Shown: positions 28,022 through 34,327 of the stretch, one piece after another
How positions within the stretch are numbered: position 1 is the first letter of the stretch
Layout: the number at the start of each line of letters is the position of its first letter
DNA from: a virus
Direction: 5' to 3' (one strand)
Virus record (IMG/VR): IMGVR_UViG_3300045988_144944
Length of the DNA: 43,243 bases
Made by a program: the position numbers and the translations under genes
The notes under the pieces: generated by a model
Told to the model about the DNA's origin: nothing
Seen by the model: the letters and a program-made list of their open reading frames with translations, nothing else
Databases searched by the model: none

Positions 28022-28233
28022 ACTTTTTCTCCTTTTAATTTACTTTTTTTATCTATTATGATCTATTCTTCTAAAATGGGTAATCCCTTCTTGCCTCTTT
28101 AAACCTAAATCCCACCCACCCAAACTGGTTATTGAAGCCGGGTTGAAAGCCATATATGGCTTATCAAATGCCCTATTCTCACGAACCGGGCATTGGACAT
28201 TAACTAAAACTTGAACCTATGGCTAATTTGTAT

Positions 28234-28596
28234 TTAATCTCTTACCTGTTCCATCAATTTTGTATAAGGGTTATATGTTTTCTGTATAAAGAACTGATAT
28301 ATCCCGGCAGGCAATAAGATAGGTTTATGATCCTTTATCGGTAAAAGTTCAGGTGATGAATATGTCTGTTCATTCATCAATGAAATGTCCGTATGCTGTA
28401 ATCTCGAATCTTCATTAAGCTTGTAGATTACTCTATCATCCGATTCATATCTTTCTACATTTCCCGTAACTACATGACAATGGCCGCTGCTACCTACTGC
28501 AATAGGCTTGTTGTCCACTTTCTTAAATCCTACCGGGATTAATTCTATTTGCCGGAATTGTACGTCTCCGGCATGACCTTTTAATAACTCTTTCAT
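28234..28596 (-). CDS. Hypothetical small beta-rich protein (GDV...GH.H motif family)
   Basis: 120 aa. Its start lies 1 nt after the stop of the repeat protein. The motifs AGDVQF, SSGHCH and LPAGIY resemble a family I recall from other phages; this was not checked. Confidence 0.5.
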   Translation of the reverse strand: MKELLKGHAGDVQFRQIELIPVGFKKVDNKPIAVGSSGHCHVVTGNVERYESDDRVIYKLNEDSRLQHTDISLMNEQTYSSPELLPIKDHKPILLPAGIYQFFIQKTYNPYTKLMEQVRD

Positions 28597-28597
28597 G

Positions 28598-29896
28598 TCA
28601 ACTTCTGAAATTAAATGAATATTCTTCTTTGGTAAATGGGGATAATGAAGCGATCGCTTCTATTGCATCATTATATTGAGGATCTACTCCAACAAGATAA
28701 TTAGTCCCGGTTGATGGGCAAGTCATCTTCACCCATGCCATAGGATCATCGCCAAGCTCGGGAAAAGTCTCTTTTGTTTTCAAAAGTTCTACTGTCTCTA
28801 TATCCCCGTTAGCATGATGTATTGTATTTGTATCTGTTATTTCCGCTCCTAACAGGTTTATTATACCTTCTGCCCCTAAAACCTCATATATCGCCCCTTT
28901 TATATCCAAGTTTTTCTCCTGTAAAAATTGATCCTTTATTATTGAATCTTTATTTTCTACTACCCATTTGGGTATTGGCCTGCCGTTAATAAAATAATAC
29001 GAACTTCCATCCCTGAATTTTACTGCCGCTGTAGAGGTGGAATGTAAACGCCCTTGCGAATTTAGTTCAACATATATCGGAGGCTGAATGGCAAAGACAC
29101 AATTATCAAATTCATACGCATTAAATACCCCTGATTTTAGTATCTTTTTATATTGTTTAAAATTAAAATTATCAAGGATGTTTATTTTCTCAAAGAAATC
29201 ATAAAATGATATCCTTCCATAATTAGATAAACCTATATATGAAGAATAACTGTGAAATATGTTGACAGAATCCCAGACAGAAGCCCCGACAGAAGCCCAG
29301 ACAGAATCCCCGACAGAATCCCCGACAGAATCCCAGACAGAAGCCCAGACAGAATCCCCGACAGAATCCCCGACAGAAGCCCTGACAGAATCCCTGACAG
29401 AATCCCAGACAGAATCCCAGACAGAAGCCCTGACAGAATCCCAGACAGAAGCCTCGACAGAAGCCCAGACAGAATCCCAGACAGAATCCCCGACAGAAGC
29501 CCTGACAGAATCCCAGACAGAATCCCAGACAGAATCCCCGACAGAAGCCCTGACAGAATCCCTGACAGAAGCCTCGACAGAATCCCAGACAGAAGCCCCG
29601 ACAGAAGCCTCGACAGAAGACCGAATAGAAGAACCTAATTCATCTTTAATCAACTTATTTAATTTTTTATCTTTGAGAATAGCAATAGTAATTAGACAGC
29701 TTATCCAACTGTCGCAATACACTACCTTCGGTTTTGGCTTGTGAAGAAGATCTGTATATAACCATTCAATCCCCTCTTCAAACATCGTTTTGTCTATCCC
29801 CTTTTGATTCTTTACGTTATCAAAAAACAGGTTGATCCATTCATCTCGCGTCTGGAGCATTAATTTTTTTTGCTCTTCGGTTAGTTTTTCCAACAT
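28598..29896 (-). CDS. Tetrapeptide-repeat protein: 30 units of (W/G/R/E)(D/A)SV between globular N- and C-terminal domains
   Basis: 432 aa. The central 120 residues are a strict 4-aa periodic array. The C-terminal part (GRLHSTSTAAVKFRDGSSYYFINGRPIPKWVV) resembles a widespread domain of unknown function that I recall as DUF6745-like; this was not checked. Confidence 0.7.
   Translation of the reverse strand: MLEKLTEEQKKLMLQTRDEWINLFFDNVKNQKGIDKTMFEEGIEWLYTDLLHKPKPKVVYCDSWISCLITIAILKDKKLNKLIKDELGSSIRSSVEASVGASVWDSVEASVRDSVRASVGDSVWDSVWDSVRASVGDSVWDSVWASVEASVWDSVRASVWDSVWDSVRDSVRASVGDSVGDSVWASVWDSVGDSVGDSVWASVGASVWDSVNIFHSYSSYIGLSNYGRISFYDFFEKINILDNFNFKQYKKILKSGVFNAYEFDNCVFAIQPPIYVELNSQGRLHSTSTAAVKFRDGSSYYFINGRPIPKWVVENKDSIIKDQFLQEKNLDIKGAIYEVLGAEGIINLLGAEITDTNTIHHANGDIETVELLKTKETFPELGDDPMAWVKMTCPSTGTNYLVGVDPQYNDAIEAIASLSPFTKEEYSFNFRS
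29264..29623 (-). repeat. 12-bp tandem repeat x30 (plus-strand unit GACAGAA[T/G]CCNN)
   Basis: The array is read directly. Seven to eight of the 12 positions are invariant, and variation is limited to three or four positions of the unit. Confidence 0.95.
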
Positions 29897-29897
29897 A

Positions 29898-30059
29898 TCA
29901 TTTCGCTTTAAATATCGGTTTAAGAATCTTATTCACATACCACACACAATAAATCAATCCCAAGAAATTTAAATACCAGCAATCTTCGTCATCATTGATA
30001 ACCAATAGACAGGGGAAAGTGAGGATTGAAAAGGCTATCAGATTTAATAATCGTCTCAT
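29898..30059 (-). CDS. Small membrane protein (53 aa, below the ORF-track cutoff)
   Basis: Translation MRRLLNLIAFSILTFPCLLVINDDEDCWYLNFLGLIYCVWYVNKILKPIFKAK. It has an ATGA start/stop overlap with 30056-30268, and its stop lies 1 nt before the next ATG. Confidence 0.45.
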   Translation of the reverse strand: MRRLLNLIAFSILTFPCLLVINDDEDCWYLNFLGLIYCVWYVNKILKPIFKAK

Positions 30060-30268
30060 CTTTCAAAGATTTTTTCGAGAATATCTTTATCCGTTGTGTT
30101 TTCAATTGTCGTGTATTCTAAATGCAAGTCTTTGCATTCAAGAAGTTCTTTATAGGCCTTTCTCGTTTCTTCGAGATTCACGCTCATTTGAGGGTCTTCG
30201 AATGTAACCCTTTTTCTGTTTCCGGTATTAGTTACATAACTTATCCCGGTAATTTTGTAGATTGTCAT
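30056..30268 (-). CDS. Hypothetical protein
   Basis: 70-aa ORF in a co-directional, tightly packed array. Confidence 0.5.
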   Translation of the reverse strand: MTIYKITGISYVTNTGNRKRVTFEDPQMSVNLEETRKAYKELLECKDLHLEYTTIENTTDKDILEKIFER

Positions 30269-30287
30269 ATTTTATGAATTTAAATTA

Positions 30288-30554
30288 TCAGCAATATCTT
30301 GACAGACCTTGTGTGTGACAAATCAAATTATAGGTCTCTAACATCCCGTTTTCTTCGATCTCTCTTTCTTGTTGCAGAGTGTATTCAAATTCTGCATCAT
30401 TTATTGCCTCCCGAATAAGTTCTAAAGCTTCCGATAGTTCACTAATAACAAGAACTAAATAGTGTTCATCACTGTAATTTTCATCGTGAAATCCTTTATC
30501 CTTAGCTATTTTGTACGCTTTATCTCGTAACAAATTAAAATCTACATTTCCCAT
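30288..30554 (-). CDS. Hypothetical protein; its N-terminal half resembles the first helix pair of MazG-like NTP-PPases
   Basis: KAYKIAKDKGFHDE...LVLVISELSEALELIREA is MazG-like. The second metal-binding helix pair is absent, so the protein may be truncated or degenerate. Confidence 0.35.
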   Translation of the reverse strand: MGNVDFNLLRDKAYKIAKDKGFHDENYSDEHYLVLVISELSEALELIREAINDAEFEYTLQQEREIEENGMLETYNLICHTQGLSRYC

Positions 30555-30562
30555 TTGATTTA

Positions 30563-30928
30563 TTATTTAATTATTTCAAGTACATCACTTATCCCCTCTC
30601 TGAGAGCATCTTCGTAACTTTCGTATTCTACAATACTGTCTTTCAGTATTAACTTTTTATTCATTAGTATTAACCAAATATCATAATACCAATAATTATC
30701 ACACATATAAATTACTTCAATATATACATGTTTTTTGTCTCTTAACCATTTATGTACTTCGTATAAAGTTGGACATGAACAACATGTGTCATAAGCGTTA
30801 AAATTTTCCGCACCAAAACGTCTCCAAATTGTTCCTTTATCCGTATATTGGCACAAACAAGGAACATTAAACCCTTTATCCTTTAATATTTTAGCCATTT
30901 CAAGGCTAACAAAATCTTCTTTATTCAT
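30563..30928 (-). CDS. Hypothetical protein
   Basis: 121-aa ORF. Its ATG overlaps the TGA of the upstream small reading frame (ATGA). Confidence 0.5.
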   Translation of the reverse strand: MNKEDFVSLEMAKILKDKGFNVPCLCQYTDKGTIWRRFGAENFNAYDTCCSCPTLYEVHKWLRDKKHVYIEVIYMCDNYWYYDIWLILMNKKLILKDSIVEYESYEDALREGISDVLEIIK

Positions 30929-31089
30929 TCTTTTACTCTTATTTTTAATTGTTTAATCAGTTCATCTGCTTGTTTAATACTTATGCTTGCTGCATCATAT
31001 AAAGTCATTTGAGTTTTCATAAGTGTAGCTACACATTACTTTGCTATCTCATACCTGCGTTGTTCCCAATTTATTTCTTTCTCATCCAT
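30925..31089 (-). pseudogene. Small ORF interrupted by one in-frame TAA (17 codons, TAA, 36 codons)
   Basis: Translation MDEKEINWEQRRYEIAK*CVATLMKTQMTLYDAASISIKQADELIKQLKIRVKE. The stop at 31036-31038 is followed after 1 nt by the 12-nt palindrome GTGTAGCTACAC. The end of the frame is ATGA-coupled to the next gene. Confidence 0.35.
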
Positions 31090-31213
31090 AACATTTATTT
31101 TTATCAATTGAAATTAATCCTATGTTTATTTACTATATAATTTATCGGCGATCTTCTAAAACTTGTGTCCGTTCGATCGCTAACCTTTCTATTTCATCCT
31201 GAAAAATGTCCAT

Positions 31214-31714
31214 TTAAATTTTATTTATACACTTCCAATCATCTGAAGTAATTTTTAATACTGTCGGATATTCAACAATTATCCCCTTTGAGAAATACAA
31301 TGTAAAAAAATTACGAGAACTTTTAATAGGAAATTCAATAACCCTTCTTGGGTTTTTAAAAAGCCACGCAAAGCCTTTTTTTATTTCTTTTCTTCTCTCT
31401 TTGACTATTCTTGTTCTATCCCATTCTTCCTCTGTTAACTCACTAACTTTTTTAACATCATATAAGGTAACTAATCCTAAGCAAACGCCGCTTTCCAAAT
31501 TCGGAAAAACCGGGATGTTGTCAGAACAAATCAATATATCTCCTCTATATTTTATATTAGAATTTCTTATCTCGATACTTTTATTTCCTATTACATCCCC
31601 ATTATCATTTTTAAAACACGGAGTAACGAAATTTTGTGCGAATGGTTGTTTTATAATTAATGCCTTAAAAACATCTACCTCATCTAAAGAAACATTATGC
31701 TTGTATCTTTGCAT
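31214..31714 (-). CDS. ASCH/PUA-like domain protein (putative)
   Basis: 166 aa. ALIIKQPFAQNFV...KSIEIRNSNIKYRGDILICS follows the ASCH pattern (sIrqPwa...K..E.R......rG.i.I). It is the first gene after cassette C. Confidence 0.45.
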   Translation of the reverse strand: MQRYKHNVSLDEVDVFKALIIKQPFAQNFVTPCFKNDNGDVIGNKSIEIRNSNIKYRGDILICSDNIPVFPNLESGVCLGLVTLYDVKKVSELTEEEWDRTRIVKERRKEIKKGFAWLFKNPRRVIEFPIKSSRNFFTLYFSKGIIVEYPTVLKITSDDWKCINKI

Positions 31715-31761
31715 TTTCTTTCTCCCAATTTTATTTATTAAGTATAATTTTACCTGTATGA

Positions 31762-31792
31762 CAAATATACAGCTTATTTTTATTCTACCAAA
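31762..31792 (-). promoter_or_regulatory. Bacteroidetes-type promoter (TTTG-N19-TATATTTG) driving the accessory/terminase unit
   Basis: Plus caaatata at 31762-31769 and caaa at 31789-31792, with a 19-nt spacer. Confidence 0.75.
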
Positions 31793-31940
31793 AGAATAGC
31801 TTATTATTTAGTATCAATTAACAAAAAGTTTTGCTTGGGGGGGGCAAAAGTTATTATTTTGATCGAATTTTCGATTTAAGGAACTTTCTTCAGACTGCTT
31901 GGCATCTTATCCAGATAAAAAAGAAAGTGTCTTAAAAGGC

Positions 31941-31970
31941 AAAAAAATAAGCCCGGATAACTCCGAGCTT
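31941..31970 (-). terminator. Rho-independent terminator ending the early units, 2 nt after the ssb stop
   Basis: Same hairpin as at 156-186 (AAGCTCGGAGTTATCCGGGCTT), followed by ATTTTTTT on the minus strand. Confidence 0.75.
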
Positions 31971-31972
31971 AT

Positions 31973-32398
31973 TTAAAACGGCAAATCATCATCTATATTT
32001 TGAATATTTTCCGGTTGTGGCTCTGGTTCTGGAGGATGGATATTTTGTATATCATTGTTTTCCTTTTTAGTTAGAAGCTCTATAAAATTTATATATACCT
32101 CTGTTACATACCTTTTTATTCCTGCTTGATCATCATAACTTCTATTTCTTAATTCTCCTTCTATGTATATTTTATCCCCTTTTTTAACGTATTTCTCAAC
32201 AATGTTAGAAATACCTAACAAGTTAGATACAACATAATGAAATTCCGCTTTATCCGGAACTTGAACGCCAGATTTTGTCGTATAACCTTTTTTGTTTGTC
32301 GCTAATTGAAATTGTGCGATTTTCCCCCCATTATCGAAAACTTTTATTGCAGGGTCATTACACACATGCCCCAACAAAATAACTTTATTTACACTCAT
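31973..32398 (-). CDS. ssb: Single-stranded DNA-binding protein
   Basis: The OB-fold N-terminus MSVNKVILLGHVCNDPAIKVF...YIEGELRNRSY, a P/E/Q-rich linker and the acidic tip DDDLPF are canonical for bacterial and phage SSB. Confidence 0.9.
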   Translation of the reverse strand: MSVNKVILLGHVCNDPAIKVFDNGGKIAQFQLATNKKGYTTKSGVQVPDKAEFHYVVSNLLGISNIVEKYVKKGDKIYIEGELRNRSYDDQAGIKRYVTEVYINFIELLTKKENNDIQNIHPPEPEPQPENIQNIDDDLPF

Positions 32399-32511
32399 AA
32401 GAACAATTTTAATATAAATGCTATAAGACTATAAATTCCCCAGATATAACATATAATTGTTGTTACAACAAATGATATAAACACGATTTTGTAATACTTT
32501 TTTGCTTTCAT
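32395..32511 (-). CDS. Small hydrophobic peptide (38 aa, below the ORF-track cutoff)
   Basis: Translation MKAKKYYKIVFISFVVTTIICYIWGIYSLIAFILKLFL. It has ATGA overlaps at both ends, with 32508-32840 and with ssb. Confidence 0.35.
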   Translation of the reverse strand: MKAKKYYKIVFISFVVTTIICYIWGIYSLIAFILKLFL

Positions 32512-32840
32512 ACATCATTAAATTTTGCACCTTCGATTAGGTATTCTTTTTTATTATCACTCCAGCCAGCGAACGAATTTAAAGCTTTTCTATCGCTATC
32601 GAAAACAAATTCAAAAAAATAACCTCCAAAACTGCAAGGTCTAACTATTTTAACCAATCTCCCCAAAATAAACGATCTATATTTGAAATAAGAACTATTA
32701 TCAGGAATAAAAAAAATACGCTTTTCTTCATTTTTAGAATTTTTATCGGCATTACTTTTTTTATTCATAATTTCAAAATCTCTTTTTATCGATAATCTTG
32801 AAATTTCCCTATAATCAACTTTTCGTTTTTTTAATCTCAT
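32508..32840 (-). CDS. Hypothetical protein
   Basis: 110-aa ORF with a 4-nt overlap with the upstream gene. Confidence 0.5.
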   Translation of the reverse strand: MRLKKRKVDYREISRLSIKRDFEIMNKKSNADKNSKNEEKRIFFIPDNSSYFKYRSFILGRLVKIVRPCSFGGYFFEFVFDSDRKALNSFAGWSDNKKEYLIEGAKFNDV

Positions 32841-33271
32841 TTTAAAAGCCTATATTCTTTTTTAAGAATCTCTATTGTTTTAATGTTTTTCTTATATATC
32901 CGCATCTCTTTTTTATTTCCATTTTCCCACTTGTTATGGGCTTCAAGGCATAAAATATTTATATTTCTTGGGTCGTGAGCCATTTCCGGATAAGCTCCAC
33001 GAGCCAATATATGTGAACAAAATGCCGCTGAATAATTATATAATGGTCGCATTGTTTCTTCGCATATATGTTTTTTATGTTCCCACACCCAACGAAAAAA
33101 CTTCTCATTTGCAAGCATTATATTTCTTTTGCTTCCGGTAGCCAAACCGAACATTTCTCGCTGTATAGCTACTCTCAACCTTATATCAATAACAAAATTA
33201 TTGTCTATCAGGGGACAAAATCCCCTTGATAAACAATAATCATACTCAAATTTTTCCGTTATAAAAATCAT
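32837..33271 (-). CDS. HNH/NinG-like nuclease-fold protein (weak)
   Basis: FCSHILARGAYPEMAHDPRNINILCLEAHNKWENG resembles the H-N-H core (aH...rG....r.d..N...LC...H). The zinc-binding cysteines are incomplete. Confidence 0.3.
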   Translation of the reverse strand: MIFITEKFEYDYCLSRGFCPLIDNNFVIDIRLRVAIQREMFGLATGSKRNIMLANEKFFRWVWEHKKHICEETMRPLYNYSAAFCSHILARGAYPEMAHDPRNINILCLEAHNKWENGNKKEMRIYKKNIKTIEILKKEYRLLK

Positions 33272-33273
33272 TT

Positions 33274-33879
33274 TTATAATTCTGGTATTTCTACCTCATC
33301 ATCAATATTAACATTTTGCCCGAATAGCTCTAATTGAGCCTTTTTCCCCTTGAATAAGAAGTCGTAAACTTCTTCTTCAATTTCAGTAACAATTTCTTCA
33401 AGTTCTTCTTCAAAGCCGAAACTTTCAACGGATAACTTTATTCTCGGAGAATTAATGCACGTTTTTTGATTGTTATACGTTGTAAACAAGCCTGTTATTA
33501 TAACACCTACATTATCATCATTGCCAGATAAGGAAATACCTCTAACTTCGATGTTATTCATCATCTCTTTTGCGAAATCTTCGGCTATTTCTTTTTGCAT
33601 TTTATTAGCCTTGAAATCATCAGTTGAAATACATGTAAGAAATGAAGTTATGTTAAACACTCTCGCCAAAATTGGCTTAATTCTCACAAATAATTCTATC
33701 AAATCTGGGTGCACATCTTTGGCACTTTCAACGTGATATTTGTTTGTATAACTTTCATCATCTATAACTTCTGTAACGTTATAGTGTACATCTAACCCTC
33801 CACCTTTTAAAAACTTCACTTTTGAAAGTTCAAAGGAGCTTTTTTTAGGAACTACATTTTTTTCATCTTTTTCGCTCAT
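33274..33879 (-). CDS. Hypothetical protein with an acidic C-terminus
   Basis: 201-aa ORF ending in EEELEEIVTEIEEEVYDFL...DDEVEIPEL. Confidence 0.5.
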   Translation of the reverse strand: MSEKDEKNVVPKKSSFELSKVKFLKGGGLDVHYNVTEVIDDESYTNKYHVESAKDVHPDLIELFVRIKPILARVFNITSFLTCISTDDFKANKMQKEIAEDFAKEMMNNIEVRGISLSGNDDNVGVIITGLFTTYNNQKTCINSPRIKLSVESFGFEEELEEIVTEIEEEVYDFLFKGKKAQLELFGQNVNIDDEVEIPEL

Positions 33880-33901
33880 AGTTTTTTTTTAGAATTATTA
33901 A

Positions 33902-34327
33902 CTAATTAGGATCTTCTATATATATCCCAAAATCTTCTGCTGCTATCTGTTTTAAAGTATCTATATGCTCAATTAATTCGGCATTTGAAAGTTCTTTTAT
34001 TTCTTTCAATCTACTTTCATAACATTTTAAGACATTATTATAATGTTGCTCTATCATTATCGGAGAAAAATTTCTTAATCTTTCCTCTACCTTTTCATCG
34101 GTTAATCTTTCTCCAGAATTCCAGAAAGCATTTTTAAATTCAGGAACAACATAATTGAAATAATAGGCTTCTAATGCTTTTGAAAGATCATCCGGCAAAA
34201 TTTCAAAATTTATAACTACTTTTTTGCCTTTATGCAAAGAAAAGAAATAATTTAATTCTCCCATATATAAGGACAAATTCCCATTTTTAGAAATTTGTCC
34301 TGTTACTGAAAATTTACGCTTGTTCAC
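33902..34327 (-). CDS. Hypothetical protein
   Basis: 141-aa ORF overlapping the end of the ATPase gene by 14 nt. Confidence 0.5.
   Translation of the reverse strand: MNKRKFSVTGQISKNGNLSLYMGELNYFFSLHKGKKVVINFEILPDDLSKALEAYYFNYVVPEFKNAFWNSGERLTDEKVEERLRNFSPIMIEQHYNNVLKCYESRLKEIKELSNAELIEHIDTLKQIAAEDFGIYIEDPN

Larger units (their letters stand above)
31757..31972 (-). repeat. Intergenic cassette copy C (terminator-type upstream end, gatac patch allele)
   Basis: It shares the core with copies A/E, B and D. It shares the terminator-bearing end with copy A and the patch allele with copy B. Confidence 0.9.

Noticed and set aside
28140-28200. A tRNA or tRNA-like element (GGTTCG resembling a T-loop) in the 28022-28233 gap
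   Set aside because: The enclosing stem has a 14-nt loop instead of 7. No acceptor, D or anticodon arms could be drawn on either strand.
29252-29744. Plus-strand ORFs 29252-29638 (PDRIPDRS repeats) and 29259-29744 (TESQTEA repeats)
   Set aside because: They are antisense shadow frames of the 12-bp tandem array. They are open only because the repeat unit lacks stop codons in those frames. All flanking genes and coupling signals are on the minus strand.
31036-31038. Genome-wide stop-codon reassignment (alternative genetic code)
   Set aside because: All other genes are long, uninterrupted ORFs under the standard code and terminate with TAA, TAG or TGA. A single in-frame TAA does not support recoding of the genome.
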